Shown here: positions 50,804 to 62,475 of the stretch, piece after piece
Numbering within the stretch: the first letter of the stretch is position 1
How the letters are laid out: the number at the start of each line of letters is the position of its first letter
NCBI GenBank assembly: GCA_950097015.1
Contig: CATNEN010000037.1
Span: 2,170,001-2,234,000, forward strand
Length of the DNA: 64,000 nt
Source: Macrostomum hystrix
Taxonomy: Eukaryota > Animalia > Platyhelminthes
Reading direction: 5' to 3'
Notes under the pieces: generated by a model
Told to the model about the DNA's origin: nothing
What the model saw: the letters and a program-made list of their open reading frames with translations, nothing else
The model's database searches: none
Translations under genes and position numbers: made by a program

Positions 50804-51789
50804 ATACACGTAGTTCCAGGTAGCAGTAATTAATTTAGCAGTACACTGCAGCAAGCGTGATATGAAAAAAATGAAACCTTGGAAAATTCATTAAACAAAT
50901 CGTAAGAGTCTGCTGAACCTTGGCCACAGAGAAGAAGAAGAGAAAGTCATTGTTTCTTTTAGTTTGTCGGCACACCAGCACTGACCAAATCGATAACCAA
51001 TTTTTTTTAGTCCACAAGGCCCTCACCATCGCATAAAGTCTTGCTCCAAATTTCTCTTCTTCCCAGCTCTCTCTCTCTCCCAGTTCTCTAAAAACAGCCG
51101 CAGTTTTTTGAACGGACAGACGTCATTAGATGGAGTGTAGTTGGAATTCTAGTTTTTTTTTCACCTAAGACCTTTCTAATTCTCGACTCGCGAGAGGCCC
51201 ACAGTCTGGCCTGGGGGAGGTAGGCAGCCAATTAAAACAGCTAGAGAATCATCTCATCTCTACTCTTCTCCCATCTCCCATTCTTTCATTGCCGCCGAGT
51301 GCTGTGCACCGCATCTGGATAGAGATCCCCCCCAAAAAATCCCTTCTCGCTCTTCTGCTCCCAGTTTTACTCCGTTCGCCCACCCGACCAAGCATCGAGA
51401 CTGTGACCTCCTTTGGAGTTGCAGTCTCTCTTCTGGCAACAACCCCAATCCCTAGCAACAGACGAACTTTCAATGGTTCTGGGAGAAATTTTGGAACCCA
51501 ATATAGGGATGCAACCGGTGGATTACTTAACTTCCCCCAGGCTGGGGAAGCGATTATAATTGGTTGGCAGAAACAGGTCCTTGGTGTACTTTAGATTTGT
51601 TGACGATGGAGTAAGAAAATTTGATGTCATTCATTGCCCCAGCTAAATATTTGCTCACGAAATCAATTGAGTCCATAAAATTGCTAATTAATGAAACTTA
51701 TGACTTCTCTCACTCACTCATAAACTCACTCATGAACTTACTTATGAACTCACTCGTGATCTTACTCTTGAACTCACCTATGTCACAAA

Positions 51790-53645
51790 CTCAATCATGA
51801 TCTCACCAATAAACTCAATCGAGAACTCACTCATGATCTCACTCATAGACTCAACCGTGAACTCACTCATGATCTCACTCATAGACTCAATCGTGAACTC
51901 ACTCATGATCTCACTCATAGACTCAACCGTGAACTCACTCATGATCTCACTCATAGACTCAATCGTGAACTCACTCATGATCTCACTCATAGACTCAATC
52001 GTGAACTCACTCATGATCTCACTCATAGACTCAATCGTGAACTCACTCATGATCTCACTCATAGACTCAACCGTGAACTCACTCATGATCTCACTCATAG
52101 ACTCAATCGTGAACTCACTCATGATCTCACTCATAGACTCAACCGTGAACTCACTCATGATCTCACTCATAGACTCAATCGTGAACTCACTCATGATCTC
52201 ACTCATAGACTCAACCGTGAACTCACTCATGATCTCACTCATAGACTCAATCGTGAACTCACTCATGATCTCACTCATAGACTCAACCGTGAACTCACTC
52301 ATGATCTCACTCATAGACTCAATCGTGAACTCACTCATGATCTCACTCATAGACTCAATCGTGAACTCACTCATGATCTCACTCATAGACTCAATCGTGA
52401 ACTCACTCATGATCTCACTCATAGACTCAACCGTGAACTCACTCATGATCTCACTCATAGACTCAATCGTGAACTCACTCATGATCTCACTCATAGACTC
52501 AACCGTGAACTCACTCATGATCTCACTCATAGACTCAATCGTGAACTCACTCATGATCTCACTCATAGACTCAACCGTGAACTCACTCATGATCTCACTC
52601 ATAGACTCAATCGTGAACTCACTCATGATCTCACTCATAGACTCAATCGTGAACTCACTCATGATCTCACTCATAGACTCAATCGTGAACTCACTCATGA
52701 TCTCACTCATAGACTCAACCGTGAACTCACTCATGATCTCACTCATAGACTCAATCGTGAACTCACTCATGATCTCACTCATAGACTCAATCGTGAACTC
52801 ACTCATGATCTCACTCATAGACTCAATCGTGAACTCACTCATGATCTCACTCATAGACTCAATCGTGAACTCACTCATGATCTCACTCATAGACTCAACC
52901 GTGAACTCACTCATGATCTCACTCATAGACTCAATCGTGAACTCACTCATGATCTCACTCATAGACTCAATCGTGAACTCACTCATGATCTCACTCATAG
53001 ACTCAATCGTGAACTCACTCATGATCTCACTCATAGACTCAACCGTGAACTCACTCATGATCTCACTCATAGACTCAACCGTGAACTCACTCATGATCTC
53101 ACTCATAGACTCAATCGTGAACTCACTCATGATCTCACTCATAGACTCAACCGTGAACTCACTCATGATCTCACTCATAGACTCAATCGTGAACTCACTC
53201 ATGATCTCACTCATAGACTCAATCGTGAACTCACTCATGATCTCACTCATAGACTCAATCGTGAACTCACTCATGATCTCACTCATAGACTCAATCGTGA
53301 ACTCACTCATGATCTCACTCATAGACTCAACCGTGAACTCACTCATGATCTCACTCATAGACTCAATCGTGAACTCACTCATGATCTCACTCATAGACTC
53401 AACCGTGAACTCACTCATGATCTCACTCATAGACTCAATCGTGAACTCACTCATGATCTCACTCATAGACTCAACCGTGAACTCACTCATGATCTCACTC
53501 ATAGACTCAATCGTGAACTCACTCATGATCTCACTCATAGACTCAACCGTGAACTCACTCATGATCTCACTCATAGACTCAATCGTGAACTCACTCATGA
53601 TCTCACTCATAGACTCAACCGTGAACTCACTCATGATCTCACTCA
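51790..53645. repeat. 36-bp minisatellite (ACTCACTCATGATCTCACTCATAGACTCAA(T/C)CGTGA), ~51 copies
   Basis: Period 36; source of the spurious 644-aa and 686-aa ORFs. Confidence 0.97.
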
Positions 53646-54180
53646 AACACTTAGTCACGATCTCACACATAGTCACCCAGAAACTACGTGCGTTGCCCAT
53701 GAACTCACTCACTCACTCAATCGATTGTCTCCTATATTCCATTTCTAGTCGTCTGTTCCTTCCCGCCGATCAGAAACCTAGCGAGCCTGCTGTTTGCACA
53801 ATCGATGACAAATTGCACTTTATATCGCGAGCCCATTCAGCTAGATACTTTTGTTGACAGATAGAAACATGGCATGATTCCTGACTTGTATTACAGTTTA
53901 ATAGTTCCTTCGATCACAAACGGCTGACTGCAATCCTGATTCAGTTGGGTGAAAATCTGAATATCACATAAGGTATTTCCGATTAGCTCTACGGGAAATA
54001 GCAGTCAGACAGACTTTTCATTCACATTTAACGTACCCCTTGAATGATTGTGGCTTTCAGCATTTGCTGAATATCTGAGAAATATCTGACCAAATACTTG
54101 ACAAACTCGGACAATACGCTCATATGTAGCATAGGAAACACTATTGCCTCAGGAGTATGTGGCGGGAAACTGGAACTTGA

Positions 54181-55135
54181 TTCAGGTCAGGTGTGGGTCA
54201 GGGATAATCGATGTTGCCAGGTCAGGTGTAGGTCAGGGATAATTGATGTTGCCAGGTCAGGTGTGGGTCAGGGATAATCGATGTTGCCAGGTCAGGTGTA
54301 GGTCAGGGATAATTGATGTTGCCAGGTCAGGTGTGGGTCAGGGATAATCGATGTTGCCAGGTCAGGTGTGGGTCAGAGATAATTGATGTTGCCAGGTCAG
54401 GTGTGGGTCAGGGATAATCAATGTTGCCAGGTCAGGTGTGGGTCAGGGATAATTGATGTTGCCAGGTCAGGTGTGGGTCAGGGATAATCGATGTTGCCAG
54501 GTCAGGTGTGGGTCAGGGATAATTGATGTTGCCAGGTCAGGTGTGGGTCAGGGATAATTGATCTTGCCAGGTCAGGTGTGGGTCAGGGATAATTGATGTT
54601 GCCAGGTCAGGTGTGGGTCAGGGATAATTGATCTTGCCAGGTCAGGTGTGGGTCAGGGATAATTTGATCTTGCCAGGTCAGGTATGCGTCAGGGATAATT
54701 GATGTTGCAAGGTCAGGTGTGGGTCAGGGATAATTGATGTTGCCAGGTCAGGTGTGGGTCAGGGATAATCGATGTTGCCAGGTCAGGTGTGGGTCAGGGA
54801 TAATCGATGTTGCCAGGTCAGGTGTGGGTCAGGGATAATCGATGTTGCCAGGTCAGGTGTAGGTCAGGGATAATTGATGTTGCCAGGTCAGGTGTGGGTC
54901 AGGGATAATCGATGTTGCCAGGTCAGGTGTGGGTCAGGGATAATCGATGTTGCCAGGTCAGGTGTGGGTCAGGGATAATCGATGTTGCCAGGTCAGGTGT
55001 GGGTCAGGGATAATTGATGTTGCCAGGTCAGGTGTGGGTCAGGGATAATCGATGTTGCCAGGTCAGGTGTGGGTCAGGGATAATCGATGTTGCCAGGTCA
55101 GGTGTGGGTCAGGGATAATCGATGTTGCCAGGTTG
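54181..55135. repeat. 35-bp minisatellite (CAGGTCAGGTGTGGGTCAGGGATAATCGATGTTGC), ~27 copies, end of receptor intron 2
   Basis: Period 35 checked. Confidence 0.96.
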
Positions 55136-55193
55136 GGTATGGCTCAGAGAACACTGCTGAAGTCTATTTTGGTTGCCACCCGATGCCGCGCAG

Positions 55194-56323
55194 GTTCATC
55201 GCAGTCACGCAGCCGATTAAGTACGCCAAGCACAAGAACTCGAAGCGAACCCACGTGACGATTGCGGGCAGCTGGCTTCTTTCGATCGCAATCGCGCTGC
55301 CAATCGGCTGCGGCCTCCAGAACCTTCAGGGCGTCCGCTACCAGGAGCAATTCCGCAACGTGTGCACCTTTTTCAACGGAGATTTCCTAATCTATTCTAG
55401 TCTGGGCAGTTTCTACATTCCGTGCATCGTGATGCTTGTGCTGTACTATCGGATCTTCACGGTGATCCGGGCCAGAGCGCAGAAAGCATCTGCCTCCAGG
55501 CGCGGCAAAGTCTACGAGAACGTCAAGGCCAGCGCCGGGCACAATCGCAACGCGAACCAGACCGAAGCTAATAACGAAGAAGCGGCGGCGGCTGAAGTTG
55601 CTGCGGCTGCAGCCGCTGCTGACGGTGCAGACGACGGCAAAACGGCGATGGTTCTGTCAAATAAAAAGCAGCAGCAGCAGCAGCAGAAGAAGAAAAAGAA
55701 AAAGATTAAGAAGAAGAGAAAGAAGACGATAAAAAATAGCCCCGGCAGCGGCCCGCCGGCGCTGCTGCTGGTTCGAGCGAACCCGAGCCGACCAACCCGA
55801 CTGAGCGTGTCGGCCGTGTCCAGCAGGGACTGTCTGGCCTGCCGCACCGAGGGTATTTACACTGGCGAGGCGCCGATTCCGCACAACTGCGACCTCCGGC
55901 TAGCTGAACAAATTCGTTACGAGATCGACTGCGACGAGGATGAAGAAGAGCAGGAGGAGGAGGAGGAGGAGGAGGAGGAGGAGGAGGAGGAGGAGGAGGC
56001 AGGCGATTGCACCAATATGAAGCGGTCCGCTCCGCTGAATGAGAGCCGGACTTTAGCCGGACCGTCCACTTCGGATCACAGCGGCTGCATCGGCGGTGGT
56101 GCTCCGGCCGGCGCCGCGACGGCGGCTGCGACGGCGGCGATGGCTGTTGAAACTGTTGAAAATGTTGACGCTGTCGAAGACGGCGCCGGGGGCAACGAAA
56201 GGCCGCGTCAGCGACTCTTTCAGCAGCTCAAACTGAAGAAGAAGAAGAAGTCTAAAAAGAAGACGGATCGATCGGCGGCGCGCAGAGAGAAGAAGGCGAC
56301 AAAAACTTTGGCCATTGTGCTGG
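55194..56323 (+). CDS. DRD2: D2-like dopamine receptor exon 3 (ICL2, TM4, TM5, long ICL3, start of TM6)
   Basis: DR-FIAVTQPIKYAKHKNSKR is typical of invertebrate D2-like receptors; TM5 YSSLGSFY keeps the three catechol-binding serines; RREKKATKTLAIVL; donor G|gtagga, phase 1. Confidence 0.93.
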
Positions 56324-56367
56324 GTAGGACTGCTGCTTTAAACTCTTCCCCTGTTTAAGTGGTAAAA

Positions 56368-56530
56368 ACCTGTGCTAGACTAGACAAAGACCTGTGCTAG
56401 ACTAGACAATTATCAATGCTAGACTAGACCAAGACAGTTACTAGATTAGACAAAGATCTATGCTAGACTAGACAAAGACAATTACTAGTCTAGACAAAGA
56501 CCCGTGCTCGACTAGACAAAGACCCGCGCT
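56368..56530. repeat. ~22-bp degenerate repeat (GTGCTAGACTAGACAAAGACCT), receptor intron 3
   Basis: CTAGACTAGACAAAGA recurs. Confidence 0.75.
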
Positions 56531-56551
56531 AGTCCTCAACACCACCCGCAG

Positions 56552-56796
56552 GCGTATTCCTTCTCTGCTGGCTGCCCTTCTTTATCACCAATCTAATCTG
56601 GGCGGCCTGCCTCAAGAGCATGAGCGACAAGAGCAGCAACGGAGTCGAACTGGCCCCAATCTGCGGCTATGACAGGCGCATCAACGTGTTCATTGTCTGG
56701 CTCGGCTATGTCAACAGCTTCATGAATCCGCTCATCTACACTATATTTAACACTGAGTTTAGAAAGGCCTTCAAAAAGATTCTGCACATTGACTAA
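56552..56796 (+). CDS. DRD2: D2-like dopamine receptor exon 4 (TM6, TM7, helix 8)
   Basis: [14 protein letters not shown]...[32 protein letters not shown]. The very short C-tail is typical of Gi-coupled D2-like receptors. Confidence 0.93.
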
Positions 56797-57044
56797 CAGA
56801 GCGCACCTGAAACTAACCCTAATTTCCCTGGATTAATTCCTAGCAACTCTCGTCCTCTTCCTGTTCCTGTTTGCTTGTAGTGTGCGTTGAGAACAATACA
56901 CAATTGAATTTGGGGCGTACGGCACACACTTGTTTCATGAAGACAATGGCTCACTGGGATTTTTTATTTTGCCAATGTTTGTGTGTTAGAAACGTAGCTA
57001 TGGGTTGTGATTCGGGCATTGTGTTTTATTTACCAAGCTGCGAT

Positions 57045-57415
57045 TGTTGCTCCTGCTGCGATTCTAGCTGCATGCACGGCTCCTGCTGCGATTCTAGCTG
57101 CATGCACGGCTCCTGCTGCGATTCTAGCTGCATGCACGGCTCCTGCTGCGATTCTAGCTGCATGCACGGCTCCTCCTGCGATTCTAGCTGCATGCACGGC
57201 TCCTCCTGCGATTCTAGCTGCATGCACGGATCCTGCTGCGATTCTAGCTGCATGCACGGCTCCTGCTTCGATTCTAGATGCATGCACGGCTCCTGCTTCG
57301 ATTCTAGCTGCATGCACGGCTCCTGCTTCGATTCTAGCTGCATGCACGGCTCCTGCTTCGATTCTAGCTGCGATTCTAGCTGCATGCACGGATCCTGCTG
57401 CGATTCTAGCTACAT
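57045..57415. repeat. 30-bp minisatellite (CTCCTGCTGCGATTCTAGCTGCATGCACGG), ~12 copies
   Basis: Period 30; same family as 59305-61357. Confidence 0.95.
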
Positions 57416-57747
57416 TCCGGCTGCTTCTGGCTGCATTGACCTGTTCCTGTCCGGCCCGAATCGACTCTCCAAGGGCAAATTGTTTTTCATTTTTCGTTTT
57501 AGAAAACTCGTCTAGTTTTTCACGCTTCGTGAGAGCTGGTCTTCAATTTCCCCTCACTTTTCCCCATATTTCTCTCCCCGACCCTCCTCCTCTCCCCTAT
57601 CCTTCTCTCCCCCTGACCATCCTCCTCTCCCCTATCCTTCTCTCCCCCCACTCTCCTACTTTCCCCTATCCTTCTCGCCCCCATTATCCTCCTTTACCCT
57701 ATCCTTCTCTCTCCCACCCTCCTCCCTTCCATACCTTTCTCGAGAAG

Positions 57748-58025
57748 GGTGAAAGTGTGGTTAGAGTGTCGGAAACACGACTTTAAGGTCGGGGGTTCGA
57801 TTCCACTATAACAATTTCCTTTGTGTTTCAGCCAGACACTTAACTCTGCATTGCTTCAATTCATCTAGCTGTTAAATGGGTAGCTCCATTTTCTGGGGCA
57901 ATTGGGGATGAGATGTGGCGTCCTACCAGTCCATGGACTGAACAGGCTGTACGCAGCCTTCGCTGTACGCTGCGAGTATCTAGCCCTATTGGGGCAGGTG
58001 TGATCAATTTCGGTAGTTATTTATT
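57748..58025 (+). mobile_element. SINE copy (same family as 47827)
   Basis: Collinear similarity over the tRNA head, the CORE-like part, CAGTCCATGGACTG and the 3' TTGGGGCAGGTGT. Confidence 0.8.
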
Positions 58026-58344
58026 AATAGTATAGAAAGAAATAATAAGACAGTCGACGCTTGATTTTCGTTGTTAACAAACCATTTTTGGCCAGCGAAT
58101 GGTGCTGCTATGAGATGCGCACTGCCGAGCATTTGTTTTTTGTCACGACTGCCGTTCAAATCTGTATTGATATTTTTGAACAGAGCTGAGTCGCTGGCCA
58201 CGCTGCCCCTGGCTCTGCGCCGAATGGTGCACGATGCCGCCGCTTGCATGAGCGAGGCATGAGCGACGATTCATTACGGCTTTTCTGAGTCCGGCTGAAA
58301 TTGGCGCTGCTTGCCTAGCCAACCACCCAGTCTAAGCTAACTGG

Positions 58345-58700
58345 TCTAATTGGCTGACCCTAGAACTTTCATGTTCTCTTCCTTCTCCTCGATTCTGATT
58401 GGCTGACCCTAGAAATTTCATATTCTCTTCCTTCTCATCGATTCTCATTGGCTGATCCTAGAACTTTCGCATTCTTTTCCTTCTCCTCGATTCTGATTGG
58501 CTGACCCTAGAACTTTCATGTTCTCTTCCTTCTCCTCGATTCTGATTGGCTGACCCTAGAAATTTCATATTCTCTTCCTTCTCCTCGATTCTGATTGGCT
58601 GATCCTAGAACTTTCGCATTCTTTTCCTTCTCCTCGATTTTGATTGGCTGACCCTAGAACTTTCATATTATTCTCCTTGTGATTGATTCTCATTGGCTAG
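58345..58700. repeat. 49-bp minisatellite (TGATTGGCTGACCCTAGAACTTTCATGTTCTCTTCCTTCTCCTCGATTC), ~7 copies
   Basis: Period 49 checked. Confidence 0.9.
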
Positions 58701-59304
58701 CTAGTGCAAACGGATAATTTTGAACTTTACTTGCCTTCTCTCACGTCTAATTTCATCGAATGAAATACTAATCTATGATATATGAATCTATGAATTCCTG
58801 TCATTCTCTTACAGGCCATTGATATAAAAAATTGTTATTTGATGCAAAATGCTTTTGTATGCATAGACTTCCCGTGGCTGAAAATGAAAAAAATGGAGTT
58901 GTCTGTATATTGTATAGAAAAATCTTTGCTTAAAATGCTTTGAAACACAATCGCTGGTTGAAGCTATTCTATAATAGAAAACATAAAAACTGCTTTCGGC
59001 AAATTTTCTTAACAATGGCCACATAATTGAAATCGGCTCGGGAACATTTTCAATCCGATTTATAAAACAGGGCTCAATCGAACCGCTTAAAGAATTGAAT
59101 TGCTTTATAGAATATTGTCCTTAACTTTCATTTGAATAAATGAAGCAAGCATTTTCCTATTGAGATAGCTTTGCTGGATAAAAGAACTCGGCTTGAGATG
59201 AATCACTTCGATTAAACATTTTCCTTCTTTTAAAACCTCAAAGTACTACTTCGATTTTTTTATTAAAGCTTTGATTAAATTATTTTATGATTTCGATAAG
59301 TCAC

Positions 59305-61357
59305 TGCTGCGATTCTGGCTACATGCACGGCTCCTGCTGCGATTCTGGCTACATGCACGGCTCCTGCTGCGATTCTGGCTACATGCACGGCTCCTGCTGC
59401 GATTCTGGCTACATGCACGGCTCCTGCTGCGATTCTGGCTACATGCACGGCTCCTGCTTCGATTCTAGCTGCATGCACGGCTCCTGCTTCGATTCTGGCT
59501 GCATGCACGGCTCCTGCTTCGATTCTAGCTGCATGCAAATCTCCTGCTTCGATTATGGCTACATGCAAATCTCCTGCTTCGATTCTAGCTGCATGCAAAT
59601 CTCCTGCTTCGATTATGGCTACATGCACGGCTCCTGCTTCGATTATGGCTACATGCACGGCTCCTGCATCGATTCTGGCTACATGCACGGCTCCTGCATC
59701 GATTCTGGCTACATGCACGGCTCCTGCTTCGATTCTAGCTGCATGCACGGCTCCTGCTGCGATTCTGGCTACATGCACGGCTCCTGCATCGATTCTGGCT
59801 ACATGCAAATCTCCTGCTTCGATTATGGCTACATGCAAATCTCCTGCATCGATTCTGGCTACATGCACGGCTCCTGCTTCGATTCTAGCTGCATGCACGG
59901 CTCCTGCTTCGATTCTGGCTACATGCAAATCTCCTGCTTCGATTATGGCTACATGCAAATCTCCTGCTTCGATTATGGCTACATGCAAATCTCCTGCTTC
60001 GATTACGGCTACATGCAAATCTCCTGCATTGATTCTGGCTACATGCACGGCTCCTGCTTCGATTCTAGCTGCATGCACGGCTCCTGCTTCGATTCTAGCT
60101 GCATGTACGGCTCCTGCTTCGATTCTGCTACATGCACTGCTCCTGCTGCGATTCTGCTACATGCTCGGCTCCTGCTGCGATTCTAGCTACATGCACGGCT
60201 CCTGCTTCGATTCTAGCTGCATGCACGGCTCCTGCTTCGATTCTAGCTGCATGTACGGCTCCTGCTTCGATTCTGCTACATGCTCGGCTCCTGCTGCGAT
60301 TCTGCTACATGCTCGGCTCCTGCTTCGATTCTGGCTACATGCAAATCTCCTGCTTCGATTCTGGCTACATGCAAATCTCCTGCATTGATTCTGGCTACAT
60401 GCACGGCTCCTGCTTCGATTCTGGCTACATGCACTGCTCCTGCTTCGATTCTGGCTACATGCACGGCTCCTGCTTCGATTCTGGCTACATGCAAATCTCC
60501 TGCTTCGATTATGGCTACATGCAAATCTCCTGCTTCGATTATGGCTACATGCAAATCTCCTGCATCGATTCTGGCTACATGCACGGCTCCTGCTGCGATT
60601 CTGCTACATGCTCGGCTCCTGCATCGATTCTGGCTACATGCAAATCTCCTGCTTCGATTATGGCTACATGCAAATCTCCTGCTTCGATTATGGCTACATG
60701 CAAATCTCCTGCTTCGATTATGGCTACATGCAAATCTCCTGCATTGATTCTGGCTACATGCACGGCTCCTGCTTCGATTCTAGCTACATGCACGGCTCCT
60801 GCTTCGATTCTAGCTGCATGCACGGCTCCTGCTTCGATTCTAGCTGCATGTACGGCTCCTGCTTCGATTCTGCTACATGCTCGGCTCCTGCTGCGATTCT
60901 GCTACATGCTCGGCTCCTGCTGCGATTCTGCTACATGCTCGGCTCCTGCTTCGATTCTGGCTACATGCAAATCTCCTGCTTCGATTCTGGCTACATGCAA
61001 ATCTCCTGCATTGATTCTGGCTACATGCACGGCTCCTGCTTCGATTCTGGCTACATGCACTGCTCCTGCTTCGATTCTGGCTACATGCACGGCTCCTGCT
61101 TCGATTCTGGCTACATGCAAATCTCCTGCTTCGATTATGGCTACATGCAAATCTCCTGCTTCGATTATGGCTACATGCAAATCTCCTGCTTCGATTATGG
61201 CTACATGCAAATCTCCTGCATTGATTCTGGCTACATGCACGGCTCCTGCTGCGATTCTGCTACATGTTCGGCTCCTGCTTCGATTCTGGCTACATGCTCG
61301 GCTCCTGCTTCGATTCTAGCTACATGCACTGCTCCTGCTTCGATTCTGGCTACATGC
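59305..61357. repeat. 30-bp minisatellite (with 29-bp variants), ~68 copies
   Basis: Same monomer family as 57045; source of many Cys/Met-rich spurious ORFs. Confidence 0.96.
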
Positions 61358-61782
61358 CCATTCCGCTGACCTCTGAGCACAAACGCACACAGATACCGTA
61401 AGCAGGCACACAATCAAACAGGTGTGTACATCTGTCCTGACTTTCTCATCGTCATTACACTGTCACTGTGCCCCTGAAGTTGGCCCTCAAGCGCGTTAAT
61501 TGCACGACAAGCCACCAAGCCTGCGCGGCTGCGCTCCAAACGGCGCTGCGGCTCGCCACGGAGAGCTCACGGACCTTGGTGCGAGAGGCAAACGCGTTCA
61601 ACCCTCTGCCACGCCCCCGTACACAGCCTTTGGAAACGCGGTCAACAGGTTTTAGGCTATGCCACATGCTGTGCCAATGCTAATATATTTTAATCAGTGG
61701 CATCATTTATTTTCTGAAAGTATAACAACATTAAAATAATTAAAAATAAGTTTCCAAATGTTGGTCTCTTTGAACTGGTTGG

Positions 61783-61994
61783 TCAGTGCAGTGGAGGCTG
61801 CGGACTGTTGGGCTGTCTCAGTCCGGCCTTAGCTGACCTCTCCGAGTCCCATCGCATTGTGAGCAGCTGCACTGGGACGCACAAGAATAGTGTCAGGCCG
61901 GACACAAGCCAGAACCAGAAGGCGAACGACGGATAACCGCTTTGGTAGTCCGACCAGATGATGTACAGAATCCAGGTGAGGAGGTAGGACGCGC
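61783..61994 (-). CDS. Terminal coding exon of an unidentified multipass membrane protein gene (upstream exons toward or beyond the right edge)
   Basis: Acceptor cccaaatctcag|; GC-rich open frame ASYLLTWILYIIWSDYQSGYPSFAFWFWLVSGLTLFLCVPVQLLTMRWDSERSAKAGLRQPNSPQPPLH* with two hydrophobic helices; AATAAA at 61711-61706. Not in the ORF track. Confidence 0.7.
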
Positions 61995-62054
61995 CTGAGA
62001 TTTGGGAGGACGAAATTATCAGCGTTGTCTTTGCGTTTATTAGAGTATTAAGGT

Positions 62055-62475
62055 TGGACTAAAACAAAGACTGAAGTCACTGGGGGAGATAAAATAAAAA
62101 TGAACAAATACTGAATTAGACATAAAGTTATTTGGGAATGGGTAAGAACAAAGACTGAAGCCACCTTCAGTGATTGCGGAGTAAATACTAGGGGCGGGGG
62201 AACAAAGACTAAGGAAATGGGAGAGACATTAAAGAAGAAGGAACAAAGACTGTCCTAGACATACAATAATTTGGGAGAGAGTAAAAACAAAGACTTAAGG
62301 CACCTACAATCATTGTGGGAGAGAGTAAGGGCGGAGGAACAAAGACTGAATTCATTGTGGGAGAGATTGAGGGAGGAGGAACAAAGAAGGTCATTCTGGG
62401 TGAGAGTGAGGGCAGAGGAACAAAGACTGAAGTCATTGTGCGAGAGAGTGATGGCGGAGGAACAAAGACCCAAGG
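62055..62475. repeat. ~41-bp degenerate repeat (GGAACAAAGACTGAAGTCATTGTGGGAGAGAGTGAGGGCGGA)
   Basis: GAACAAAGAC recurs. Confidence 0.75.

Noticed and set aside
51778-53857. 644-aa and 686-aa ORFs (MSEFTIES... / MISLIDS...)
   Set aside because: They are translations of a 36-bp stop-free satellite on both strands inside receptor intron 2.
57007-61369. Cys-rich, metallothionein- or keratin-associated-like ORFs (CCDSSCMHGS...)
   Set aside because: All frames on both strands are open because the 30-bp monomer lacks stops; variants shift frame freely, so there is no sign of coding constraint.
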